Assembly: GCA_031398585.1 (NCBI GenBank)
Contig: JANNNO010000288.1
Coordinates: 1-48,432, forward strand
Source: Myxococcales bacterium
Lineage (GTDB): Bacteria; Myxococcota_A; Polyangia; Fen-1088
Direction: 5' to 3'
Length of the DNA: 48,432 nt
A program made the position numbers and the translations under genes. This document shows positions 27,537 to 35,996 of this stretch, piece after piece. The first letter of the stretch is position 1. Every line of letters begins with the position of its first letter. The notes under the pieces were generated by a model, which worked only from the letters and a program-made list of their open reading frames with translations, had not been told where the DNA came from and did no database searches.

Positions 27537-27780
27537 AGACCCTTGTTTTCAGGGCCTTTTCCTACCGCATACGCCTACCTGGGTGGCGTCCTGCCCCATC
27601 GCGCGACAACGCGCCGCTGATCGTGAGGTAGGCGGGGCTGTCGGGAGAATGATCTCCGACGCGCACGACGACGATGGAGTCGGTCGTTGTCAAACACAAC
27701 AGATCGCAAGGAGCTCGAATCGCCGGGCGCATACAGAGCCGCCCGTCGAGAGCCTGAACAGCGCGATCCGTTGATACGCG

Positions 27781-27815
27781 ACCGCCCCGCGGTTTTCGCC
27801 GCGGGGCGGTTTTTG
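27781..27815. terminator. 12-bp-stem hairpin downstream of flagellin copy 2; the T-tract follows it only on the plus strand
   Basis: ACCGCCCCGCGG-ttttcg-CCGCGGGGCGGT followed by TTTTT on the plus strand. On the minus strand an A-run precedes it and no U-tract follows. Confidence 0.5.
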
Positions 27816-27865
27816 GGGAACGAGCGTAAAGCGGGACAGACGCGGGCCCCGCGCCGGGGAAAGTT

Positions 27866-28693
27866 CTAGCCGAGGAGCTTCATCGCCATCTGCGGCAGCT
27901 GGTTGGCCTGCGACAAGACGGAGACACCGGCCTGGACGAGGATCTGCGCGCGGGACATGGCCGAGGTCTCTTCGGCGACATCGACGTCTTTGATCCGGCT
28001 GTTGGCGGCCGAGATGTTCTCGGACGAGGTGCGGATGGTGGCAGTGACCGTCTGGAGGCGGTTGCCGGCGGCGCCGAGCCGAGCGCGACCTGCCGAGACC
28101 GACTGAATCGCCGTGTCGATGGTGGCGAGTGCCGCCTGGGCGCCAGCCGCGGTCGAGATCGAAAGGCCCGAGGTGCCGAGCGCGGTGTTGTTCGCGTCGA
28201 AGCTGGAGATGGTGATGCGGTCGTTCGCCGCGACGTTACGGATACCGACCTGGAAGGTCAGGGTGCCGGTGGCGCCGTTGAGCAGCGAGGTGCCGTTGTA
28301 CTCGGCCGAGTTGGCGATGCGGTCGAGCTCGGTGACCAGGTTGTCGACCTCGTCCTGGATGTACGTGCGCTCGGTGTTGCTCACGCCGTCCGAAGCGGAC
28401 TGCATGGAGAGCTCACGAAGACGGGTCAGAATGTTGGTCGTCTCGTTGAGCGCGCCTTCCGCGGTCTGAATGAGCGACATACCGTCAGAAGCGTTGCGCG
28501 CCGCCTGGTCGTAGCTGCGGATCTGCGCGCCAAGGTTGCTGCTGATACCGAGGCCGGCAGCGTCATCACCCGCCTTGGTGATCCGGAAGCCTGAAGACAG
28601 CTTCGAGAGGGACGAGTTCAGCATCGTCTCCGTCGCGGCCAAGTTCCGTTGTGCATTCAGCGAGCTAACGTTCGTACGAATCGACATGGCCAT
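27866..28693 (-). CDS. fliC: Flagellin (275 aa), copy 2
   Basis: Seven aa differences from copy 1 by my alignment (I9V, S19A, N62D, A136S, G183A, N184G, S218A). Confidence 0.95.
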   Translation of the reverse strand: MAMSIRTNVSSLNAQRNLAATETMLNSSLSKLSSGFRITKAGDDAAGLGISSNLGAQIRSYDQAARNASDGMSLIQTAEGALNETTNILTRLRELSMQSASDGVSNTERTYIQDEVDNLVTELDRIANSAEYNGTSLLNGATGTLTFQVGIRNVAANDRITISSFDANNTALGTSGLSISTAAGAQAALATIDTAIQSVSAGRARLGAAGNRLQTVTATIRTSSENISAANSRIKDVDVAEETSAMSRAQILVQAGVSVLSQANQLPQMAMKLLG

Positions 28694-28765
28694 GACGCGT
28701 TCTCCTTGTGACTTTTTTCCCCGGACCTTCGGACCGGCGAGCCCCCAAGCCCGCCTTCAGGAAGT

Positions 28766-28792
28766 CTTTCGACACGGGTCCGATGGTCGTTA
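28766..28792 (-). promoter_or_regulatory. Sigma28 (FliA)-type promoter of flagellin copy 2
   Basis: Minus strand reads TAAC-N15-GTCGAAAG with spacing identical to the copy 1 promoter. Confidence 0.65.
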
Positions 28793-28804
28793 AGACCAAA
28801 TCGA

Positions 28805-29686
28805 TCAGAGCTTGTTGAGCAGCGTGAGATCGAAGCTGCGCACAGACGCCGTCAGCGCCGCCTCGAGCGCCCGTTGTGCGAGCGCCATCTTGGTAGCGGC
28901 CTCGAAGGTGTCGGCCTCGGCCAGCCGCGAGATGGTCGCTTTCTCGGTATTCACGACACCTCGGGCGGTGTCGGCGGCGACGGTCAACGTGTTGTAACCG
29001 GCGCCGAGCTGTGCGCGGGCGAGCGACAGATGCTCGATGCCCTGGTCGAGGATGTCGAGAGTGCCCTGCACGCCAGCCACGTTGTTCGTCGACAGCGCGG
29101 TGATGAGATCGTTGATCCCCGTAATGAAGTCGGGGCCACCGCCGGCGCCTCGCGCGAGCACGTCGCCCGGAATTGAAGTGGTCTGCATGACGCCGGGAAA
29201 CGCCTCGACCTGACGAATGCCGCTGTCGCCGAGGTAGGTGCCGTCCTGGGCAAATGGCGCGGCGTCGTCCTGGAAGCCAGCGAAGATGTACCGGTTGCCG
29301 ACCTGCGTGTTCATCGCGCCAATCGCGTCGCGGAAGAGGGTGCGAATCTCTTCGGCGCCAACCGTGCGATCCGTCGCTGCGTAGGTGTCGTTGGCCAGCT
29401 GAATCGCCAGCTGCCGCGCGCGCGAAAGCGTCTCGGTGATGTTGTTGAGGGCCGCGTCGGCCGCCAGCAGTTCGTCGTTGGTTCGCTCGGCCGTCGTGGC
29501 CAAGGCTTCCTGTCGCTTGATGCTGATTCGGTGGCCGATGATCGGCGCCGTCACGCCGGGATCGTCCCAGGGGTGCTTCACGCGCAGACCCGTCGAGTTC
29601 TCCTCGACCGCGCGCTGCACGCGATCGCGCATGACGCCCGAGTTGCGAGCCGCCGTGTCGAAGATGGTCTTTTCCGTCACGCGCAT
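28805..29686 (-). CDS. flgL: Hook-filament junction protein FlgL (HAP3)
   Basis: MRVTEKTIFDTAARNSGVMRDRVQRAVEENSTGLRVKHPWDDP. Flagellin-like termini. Downstream of flgK. Confidence 0.85.
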   Translation of the reverse strand: MRVTEKTIFDTAARNSGVMRDRVQRAVEENSTGLRVKHPWDDPGVTAPIIGHRISIKRQEALATTAERTNDELLAADAALNNITETLSRARQLAIQLANDTYAATDRTVGAEEIRTLFRDAIGAMNTQVGNRYIFAGFQDDAAPFAQDGTYLGDSGIRQVEAFPGVMQTTSIPGDVLARGAGGGPDFITGINDLITALSTNNVAGVQGTLDILDQGIEHLSLARAQLGAGYNTLTVAADTARGVVNTEKATISRLAEADTFEAATKMALAQRALEAALTASVRSFDLTLLNKL

Positions 29687-29699
29687 GGCAGTCTCCCTC

Positions 29700-31109
29700 T
29701 CAACGCAGGTTCATCAGGGTCTCGAGCATCTGGTCGGACGTCGTGATCACCTTCATCGTCGCCTCGTAGGCCCGCTGCGACTTGGTCAGGTTGATCAGCT
29801 CCTCGTCGATCGAAACACCGGCGGCCGATTCGCGCAGCTTCTCGAGGTTCTCGAGGTTGAGCGAATCCTGCTCGCTGGTGGCGCGGGCACGCGCGGTCGT
29901 GGTGCCGAAGATCGAGATGACGTTGCCGAGCGCTTCGCCCACGTCACGGCCGCCGGTGATGGCGGTGCCTTCGCTGCCGATGAGGTCGAGCAGGTTGCGG
30001 CCGTCGCCCGGGGATCCGGTGACGGTCTCGGCCGCGGCGAGCAGCCGTGGGTCGCTCACGAGTGCCGCGTTGACCGTGATGGTCGATGCAGCGAGGGTCG
30101 CCGACGCCAACGGCGTGAAGAAGTTGCGGTTATTGACGTTGTCCAGCCCGTAGCCCGCGCGGTGAATCCCGTTGAACATGTTGGAGAAGTCGTAGGCCAG
30201 GTTGTCGAGGCCTTCGCGCGCGTTCTGCAGACCCTCGTCGCGCGCCACCAGCATCCCGGCCAGAGCACCGCCCAGGCGGCTCGCTGGCACGGTGAGGCCG
30301 AGCGAGCTGCCCGCCGGGGTGATCACGATGTCGAGGTGCCCGCCGTTGCTGCCATTGGCCGCCGTGCTGACGGTCGAGGTGTTGAAGTCGCTGTTGAGCG
30401 GCGTTCCGCCGGGAAGCACCATCGAGACGGTCCCGTTGCCGTTGTCGACGGCGCGCGCGCCGGTGAGCTCGGCGAGCTTGTCCATGTGCCGCTGGCGGAT
30501 GTCGAGCAGATCGTTGGGCGGCGAACCGATGGCAACGGCAGCCCGGATGTCCTTGTTCAGCTGCGAGATCGACTTCGTGGCGTTGTTGATCTGGTTGACT
30601 ACCGACTCGACCTTTACGTCGACCGCGCTGCGGGCATCTTCCAGCGCCGCATCGGCCCGATTGAAGGCAAGGGCCAGCGCTTCGCCGTTCGCGACGACTT
30701 CCTGCCGGTAGGAACGGTTGGCCGGATCCTGCGACATCTCGCGCAAGCTGGCGTAGAAGTTTCCCAGCGCGGAGGCCAGACCATGTTCGGCGTCGGGATC
30801 GAGTGCCGAGACGGCTTCGAGCACGTCGGCTTCCGCCGTCGATCGCGCACGGCCGTTGATGGCGCCCGGGATCTGCTTTTCCAGGAACTGGTCGCGCGCC
30901 TGTGTGACGGTCAGCAGCGAGACGCCGCGACCGATCTGCCCGGTGCCGAAGTCCTCCGCCGGGGTCGTGGCAACGAGCTCGGCCCGTTGCCGGGCGTAAC
31001 CCGGGGTATTGGCATTCTGCAGGTTGTGCGACGCCGTGGCGGTCGCAGCCCGGTGCGCCGCCAGGCTGTTGGCGGCGGTCCCAAGCAACGAATAGAGATC
31101 AGCGGCCAT
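29700..31109 (-). CDS. flgK: Hook-filament junction protein FlgK (HAP1)
   Basis: LLGTAANSLAAHRAATATASHNLQNANTPGYARQRAEL and C-terminal IDEELINLTKSQRAYEATMKVITTSDQMLETLMNLR. Confidence 0.9.
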   Translation of the reverse strand: MAADLYSLLGTAANSLAAHRAATATASHNLQNANTPGYARQRAELVATTPAEDFGTGQIGRGVSLLTVTQARDQFLEKQIPGAINGRARSTAEADVLEAVSALDPDAEHGLASALGNFYASLREMSQDPANRSYRQEVVANGEALALAFNRADAALEDARSAVDVKVESVVNQINNATKSISQLNKDIRAAVAIGSPPNDLLDIRQRHMDKLAELTGARAVDNGNGTVSMVLPGGTPLNSDFNTSTVSTAANGSNGGHLDIVITPAGSSLGLTVPASRLGGALAGMLVARDEGLQNAREGLDNLAYDFSNMFNGIHRAGYGLDNVNNRNFFTPLASATLAASTITVNAALVSDPRLLAAAETVTGSPGDGRNLLDLIGSEGTAITGGRDVGEALGNVISIFGTTTARARATSEQDSLNLENLEKLRESAAGVSIDEELINLTKSQRAYEATMKVITTSDQMLETLMNLR

Positions 31110-31123
31110 GGTTCACTCCTGCG

Positions 31124-31621
31124 TCAGAGCGTGCGACTCGCGGTGGAGAGATTCGGGATCGTCTTGACCCCGCCGCGCCGGTCATAGGCCGCGGTCGGCG
31201 CCTGGCCGGTGTGGCCGGCGATGAGAATGCGCATCCAGGCCAGCGCCCGGTTGCCACGGGTGCGGTTCACGTCGTCGAGATCATGAAGCGTCGAGGCGCG
31301 GCGGCGCACGTCGGCCAGCCGGCGCTCGAGCTCGAGGCCAGCTTCCGGCATCTCTTCTTTCAGTCGTGCGACGGTCATCTCGGTCCAGCCGCAGGAGGTC
31401 GCGAGCAGGCGCACGGCTTCGCCCAATTCGGCGACCAGGGTGGCGACGGCGTTGTTGACTTCATTGCGCCGCGCGGCCGCAGCAAATAGCGACTGGGCGT
31501 CGAGACGGGCCATCGGGCCGCCGAGCTCGCGTGCGTTCACGATGGCGTCGTCGAGAGCCGCGACGAGACGCTCTGCCACAGCACAGACGGCAATCGCTTC
31601 GTTGGTTTTCAAACTGATCAC
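31124..31621 (-). CDS. flgN: FlgN-like export chaperone (for FlgK/FlgL)
   Basis: 165-aa helical protein in the canonical flgM-flgN-flgK position. GTG start is uncertain. Family assignment is by position and helical character only. Confidence 0.5.
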   Translation of the reverse strand: MISLKTNEAIAVCAVAERLVAALDDAIVNARELGGPMARLDAQSLFAAAARRNEVNNAVATLVAELGEAVRLLATSCGWTEMTVARLKEEMPEAGLELERRLADVRRRASTLHDLDDVNRTRGNRALAWMRILIAGHTGQAPTAAYDRRGGVKTIPNLSTASRTL

Positions 31622-31665
31622 ACCCTCTTGTCAGCTGCGCGCCAGTACGCGCCGTCACCCGCGGA

Positions 31666-31992
31666 TCATCCGCGCATCATCGCGCGCAAACGCGCGTCGA
31701 CCTCGGCGGCAGACAGCAGCTTTTCAGCGAGCTGTCCCACGTCGGGGCGGTAGGTCCCACCCTTCAGTGCCGCTTCGAGCTCTTTCAACCGACCCGTCCG
31801 CGCGGCGGCACCTCGTTGGCGGGCTCCGATGAGCATCTCCGCCACCTGAGGCGCCTCCAGCGTGACCCGATCCGCTGCTCGCACCTCGGCTGAGGGCGGG
31901 GGCGGCGTTTCGGCGGTCGCCTGGGGGCGTGCGTCTTTCGGCCCGGCGGGCCGTTCGACTCCTACGATGTCTTTTGGACCATTTACCTTCAT
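31666..31992 (-). CDS. flgM: Anti-sigma-28 factor FlgM
   Basis: 108 aa. C-terminal RLKELEAALKGGTYRPDVGQLAEKLL matches the FlgM sigma28-binding helices. ATGA overlap with the flgJ stop. Confidence 0.75.
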   Translation of the reverse strand: MKVNGPKDIVGVERPAGPKDARPQATAETPPPPSAEVRAADRVTLEAPQVAEMLIGARQRGAAARTGRLKELEAALKGGTYRPDVGQLAEKLLSAAEVDARLRAMMRG

Positions 31993-32684
31993 GGCAGGCG
32001 TAAAGCCTGATTGCGGCTTTCCTCAATGGTCGCTTCGGCACGGATCCCGTAGGCGTTAAGGGCTTTTTTTGGGTCGATCGCTTTTCCTGCCACGCGCACT
32101 TCGAAGTGCAGGTGGGGCCCTGTGGTCTGGCCCGTCTCGCCAACCGCGCCCAGCGTTTCGCCGGCGCTGACGACATCGCCAGGTTTCACGTTCAATGAAG
32201 AGGCGTGAGCGTAGAGCGTCGAGACGCCATCGCCGTGGTCGACCTCGACCGCTTTGCCGTAACCGCCCCGCTGGCCCGCCGCGACGACGACACCCGGCTT
32301 GGCCGCAGCAAAGGGGACGCCTTCGGCCGCCGCCAGATCGATCCCGGCGTGAAATGACTCCTCGCCGGTGAGCGGGTGAATTCGCGATCCGAACCCGCTG
32401 GTCATGCGAGGCGAAACACCCGGGTGTGGGTGCCCGACGGCGGCTTTGTCGCCGTCAGTGTCGCCGCCTTGTGGCGCTAGTGTCTTCTCCAGCATCTTGG
32501 CCAGCCCGAAGCCGCCGCTCTTGGCGACCGCATCGGCCAGCACTTCCATGAACATCTCGGCGTTGACCGAGCTGCCCGCAACGCCGTTGCCCTTGAACGC
32601 CCCGCTCGACTGCAGGAGCTGCTTGATGAGCGTCGACTCGAGCGCGCTCGCAGCTCCGGCCAGATCTCTGGGGCGTTCGTTCAC
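31989..32684 (-). CDS. flgJ: FlgJ rod-binding domain fused to an M23 (LytM-type) peptidase domain
   Basis: N-terminus ALESTLIKQLLQSS...AEMFMEVLADAVAKSGGFGLAKMLEKTL (rod-binding). C-terminus HAGIDLAA...GKAVEVDHGDGVSTLYAHASS...GETGQTTGPHLHFEV (HxxxD/HxH M23 motifs). GTGA overlap with flgI. Confidence 0.8.
   Translation of the reverse strand: MNERPRDLAGAASALESTLIKQLLQSSGAFKGNGVAGSSVNAEMFMEVLADAVAKSGGFGLAKMLEKTLAPQGGDTDGDKAAVGHPHPGVSPRMTSGFGSRIHPLTGEESFHAGIDLAAAEGVPFAAAKPGVVVAAGQRGGYGKAVEVDHGDGVSTLYAHASSLNVKPGDVVSAGETLGAVGETGQTTGPHLHFEVRVAGKAIDPKKALNAYGIRAEATIEESRNQALRLP
32032..32058 (-). promoter_or_regulatory. Sigma28-type promoter inside the 3-prime end of flgJ, reading into flgM-flgN-flgK-flgL
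   Basis: Minus strand reads CTTAACG-cctacgggat-CCGTGCCGAAGC, i.e. TAAC-N15-GCCGAAGC. Spacing and flanks (CTTAACG, CCGTG.CGAA) are the same as at the two flagellin promoters. Confidence 0.55.
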
Positions 32685-33799
32685 AGAACCTCCAGCTCCG
32701 CGTCGATGGCGCCCGCGGCGCGCATGGCCTGCAAAATGGCGACGAGATCCCGCGCGCCGACACCAAGAAGGTTCAGCGCCTTGACCAGATCGTCGACGGT
32801 GCTCGTGGCGGGAAGGGCGACCGCCGGCTTGGCGGTCTCGCGTGCATCGACCGAGGGCGTCTTGCCTGCGATGGTGCGCCCTTGCGACAGAGGCCCCGGC
32901 TGCGAAACGAAGGGCGTCTGGGTGATGGCGATCGAGAGGCCCCCGTGAGCGACGGCGACCTCGCGGATGCGCACACCCTGACCTGCCACCACCGTGCCGG
33001 TTCGCTCGGAGACGACGATGCGCGCGCGTTGATCGGGATCGACCTCGAGCGCTTCGATCTGAGCCAAGAGGCCGACCGCTTTGCCCTTGAACGCCGCGGG
33101 AACCTTCACTTCGACGCCGGCGGGGTCCAGGGCCTGCGCGGCCTCCTCGCCAACAGCCTTGTTGATGGCCGCGGCGATGCGTGTGGCGGTGGTGAAGTCG
33201 GGGCGGCGCAGGCCGAGCAAGAGCGGCTTGCCTTCGAGGGTCGGCGTCACCGCACGTTCCACCGCAGCCCCGCCCGGGACGGTGCCCGAGGTCGGTTGAT
33301 TCTTCTGCAAGCGCGCGCCCGCCGCGCCGACGTCGTAACCTCCCGCCTGAACCGGGCCCTGCGCCAGCGCGTAGACGTTGCCGTCGGGCCCCGTCAACGG
33401 CGTGACCAGCAAGACGCCGCCGGCCAGCGAACGCGCGTTGCCGAGCGAGCTGACGCTGACGTCGAGGCGGGTGCCGGGCCGAGAGAACGATGGGAGCCGT
33501 GCGGTGACCATGACCGCGGCGACGTTGCGCACGCGAACGTCACGCGGATCGATCCGGATGCCGAGCCGACCCAACATGCCGCTGATCGATTGCGAGGTGA
33601 AAAAGACGCGCTCGCTGTCGCCGGTGCCGGCAAGACCGACCACCAGGCCGTAGCCGTAGAGCGCGTTTTCGCGCACACCTTGCACATCGACCAGCTCTTT
33701 GACCCGCACCGGCGCGGCGGCTGCGGGCGCGACATTGAACGAAGCCAAGGCCAGCCCGAGAGCCGCCAGGCGAGATTTCGAGTGCGACGAGGTCTTCAT
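32681..33799 (-). CDS. flgI: Flagellar P-ring protein FlgI
   Basis: Start at MKTSSHSKSRLAALGLALA (signal peptide), then VRVKELVDVQGVRENALYGYGLVVGLAGTGDS. The track ORF (634 aa) is a spurious N-terminal extension. Confidence 0.95.
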   Translation of the reverse strand: MKTSSHSKSRLAALGLALASFNVAPAAAAPVRVKELVDVQGVRENALYGYGLVVGLAGTGDSERVFFTSQSISGMLGRLGIRIDPRDVRVRNVAAVMVTARLPSFSRPGTRLDVSVSSLGNARSLAGGVLLVTPLTGPDGNVYALAQGPVQAGGYDVGAAGARLQKNQPTSGTVPGGAAVERAVTPTLEGKPLLLGLRRPDFTTATRIAAAINKAVGEEAAQALDPAGVEVKVPAAFKGKAVGLLAQIEALEVDPDQRARIVVSERTGTVVAGQGVRIREVAVAHGGLSIAITQTPFVSQPGPLSQGRTIAGKTPSVDARETAKPAVALPATSTVDDLVKALNLLGVGARDLVAILQAMRAAGAIDAELEVL

Positions 33800-34539
33800 C
33801 AGAAGGGCCAGATCTTGCCGAGCAGGTTGGAGAACCAGCCCTGCTTTTGGTTGTCGGTGAGTACGCCGCGTCCCACGAATTCGATCTCGGCGTCGGCGAC
33901 CATCGAGCTCTTGACGCTGTTCTCCTGATCGATGTCGATCGGGCGAACCACACCCGAGATGTAAAAGTGCTGCTCTTCGGCGTTCACCAGGATCACGCGG
34001 TGCCCTTCGACGAAGAGGTTTCCGTTGGGCAGCACCTTGCGCACGACCGCCGGCACGGTGGCCGACAGGTACTCGGTGCGGCCGGTGTTGCCTTTGCCTT
34101 TGAAGCCGCTCGACGACTTGCCGCCGATCTTGGCGGGTGCCAGCGCGGGATCGATGTCCTTGAGCTTCTCGAGCAGCCCTAAGAACTGCGAGATCTCGGC
34201 CGAGCTCTCCGAACTGCGATCGATGTCGGTGTTGGCGCTGCGGCGGGCGTCCGCGACCTCTTCCACCTTGATGACGACAAGGTCGTTGACCCGCAACGCG
34301 CGCGCGTCGGTAAACAGCATCGAAGCGGGCCGGCCGTCGTTCCAGAGGCTTCCGGGCGAGGTGCTCTCGGGCGCTTCCTTGGCAGATTCGGGCAGCTCGT
34401 ACTCGCGGCGTTTGGGGGTGTAGCTGGCGACGTGGGCGGGGCCGCAGCCAGCCAGCAGACCGGCCACCGCCAGCGCCGCGCCGAGCGTCCGGCGTCGAGA
34501 ATCGGAGACGATCCGGGAGAGAAGCTGCGTCGGGTTCAT
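33799..34539 (-). CDS. flgH: Flagellar L-ring lipoprotein FlgH
   Basis: Lipobox LLAGC. FlgH core VNDLVVIKVEE...GNLFVEGHRVILVNAEEQHFYISGVVRPIDI. Confidence 0.9.
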   Translation of the reverse strand: MNPTQLLSRIVSDSRRRTLGAALAVAGLLAGCGPAHVASYTPKRREYELPESAKEAPESTSPGSLWNDGRPASMLFTDARALRVNDLVVIKVEEVADARRSANTDIDRSSESSAEISQFLGLLEKLKDIDPALAPAKIGGKSSSGFKGKGNTGRTEYLSATVPAVVRKVLPNGNLFVEGHRVILVNAEEQHFYISGVVRPIDIDQENSVKSSMVADAEIEFVGRGVLTDNQKQGWFSNLLGKIWPF

Positions 34540-35174
34540 GGCAAGTCCACCACGAGCATCCCCCCTTGCATGATCCCTTCCACATGCTTGCCCGTCGGCA
34601 AGATGGCGCAGGCGCGGCCGCGACCGCAGGGGACGGCGCGCCCGGACTGAGTCACGCCGAGCGATCCGGCACGCACCACCACCTTGATCGTAGAGCCAGC
34701 GCCCGGGTTCTCGCTGTCGAGGTGGGCCGCTGTCACCAGTTGCCCACTGCCCATGGAGCGCGAGGCCTTGGCGCCGTCGGCCACCGTCGCGGGGGTGCGA
34801 CCCGAGCGAACCTCCTCTTCCACTTCTTTGACCGCATCAGCGAACGGCTCGCCGGCGCGCACGGGCCGCGTGGTCACGAACGCTTGTGCGTAGACCTTCA
34901 CGGTGGCCCAGCCCCAGCTCTCGCAGCCCTTGCCGCTGAGGCGCACGGGATATCGGCCCGAACCATCGAGCGGTCGCTCGAGGCGTGCGCTGCCGTGGCG
35001 ACAACTGTCCCGTGGCTGCAGACGCCAGGCGGCCAGCTCGAGCCGTGCACCTGGCACCACCAGGGCGGCTTCCAGCGCGGAGATGACGTGAGCGGGCGCT
35101 TCGCCGCCCAAAGCCGGGTCGGGCGCTGCCATCGCCCCGAGGCCAATCACAAAACTGACGAGAAGAAGTTTCAT
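34536..35174 (-). CDS. flgA: P-ring assembly chaperone FlgA
   Basis: Signal peptide, SAF-like segment and C-terminal VVVRAGSLGVTQSGRAV...GKHVEGIMQGGMLVVDL. Positioned between flgG and flgH. Confidence 0.75.
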   Translation of the reverse strand: MKLLLVSFVIGLGAMAAPDPALGGEAPAHVISALEAALVVPGARLELAAWRLQPRDSCRHGSARLERPLDGSGRYPVRLSGKGCESWGWATVKVYAQAFVTTRPVRAGEPFADAVKEVEEEVRSGRTPATVADGAKASRSMGSGQLVTAAHLDSENPGAGSTIKVVVRAGSLGVTQSGRAVPCGRGRACAILPTGKHVEGIMQGGMLVVDLP

Positions 35175-35181
35175 TGTCTCT

Positions 35182-35967
35182 TTAGCGGAGCGACGTCAGC
35201 TTCTGCAGCATCTGGTCGGCGGTCGTGATGACCTTCGACGACATTTCGTAGGCGCGTTGGGTGCTGATCATGTCGATCATCTCTTCCACCGCCTTGACGT
35301 TGGCGCCCTCGAGAAAACCCTGCGTGAGCTGCCCGACGCCGTTTTCACCGGGGCGCGAGACGATCGGCTCGCCGCTGGCTGCCGACTGCGCGAAGACGTT
35401 GCCGCCCAAGGCTTCGAGCGCGGAAGGGTTGGGGAAGGTGGCGAGCTCGAGCTGCCCGAGCAGCGTCGGCTCGTCGCGACCTGGCATCTTGGCCATCACC
35501 TGGCCGTCCGCGAGGATGGAAAGCTGCGTGGTCTCCTGCGGAACGTTGATTGCGGGGTCGATCGGCTCGCCCGACTGCGTGACCATACGCCCGGTGGCGT
35601 CGACGCGGAGGTTGCCCGCGCGGGTGTAAGCGGTCTCGCCGTTGGCGCGCTGGAGCTGCAGAAAGCCGTGTCCTTCGATGGCGACGTCGAGCGGGTTGCC
35701 CGTGTTGATCATGTCGCCCTGGTTGAGGTTTCGGGTGGTGCTGGTGACGCGTACGCCAAGCCCGACCTGCAGGGCGCTGGGAGCGGTCCCACCCTGCGCC
35801 GACGCGGGCGCAGCGGCGCGCAGCGTGTCCGACAGCAGATCCTCGAATTCCGCGCGGTTCTTTTTGAAACCCGTGGTCGACGTGTTCGCCAGGTTGTGGG
35901 CGATGACGTCCATCTTGGTCTCCTGGGCGACCATGCCGGTGGCGGCGGTGTACAGCGAGCGCAACAT
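35182..35967 (-). CDS. flgG: Distal rod protein FlgG
   Basis: MLRSLYTAATGMVAQETKMDVIAHNLANTSTTGFKK... and C-terminal LEGANVKAVEEMIDMISTQRAYEMSSKVITTADQMLQKL. Confidence 0.95.
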   Translation of the reverse strand: MLRSLYTAATGMVAQETKMDVIAHNLANTSTTGFKKNRAEFEDLLSDTLRAAAPASAQGGTAPSALQVGLGVRVTSTTRNLNQGDMINTGNPLDVAIEGHGFLQLQRANGETAYTRAGNLRVDATGRMVTQSGEPIDPAINVPQETTQLSILADGQVMAKMPGRDEPTLLGQLELATFPNPSALEALGGNVFAQSAASGEPIVSRPGENGVGQLTQGFLEGANVKAVEEMIDMISTQRAYEMSSKVITTADQMLQKLTSLR

Positions 35968-35996
35968 GGGAAGCTCCTTTTGCCTTTACGAATCGT

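Larger units (their letters stand above)
26507..28792. repeat. Tandem duplication unit: terminator hairpin + flagellin CDS + sigma28 promoter, two copies separated by about 245 nt of unique spacer
   Basis: CDS, promoter and hairpin architecture are repeated. Many synonymous nucleotide differences are visible, but only 7 aa changes. Confidence 0.85.

Noticed and set aside
27583-27869. Small plus-strand ORFs (63 aa and 60 aa) in the inter-flagellin spacer.
   Set aside because: They have no SD, no recognisable domains and atypical composition. One overlaps the hairpin and the fliC copy 2 stop.
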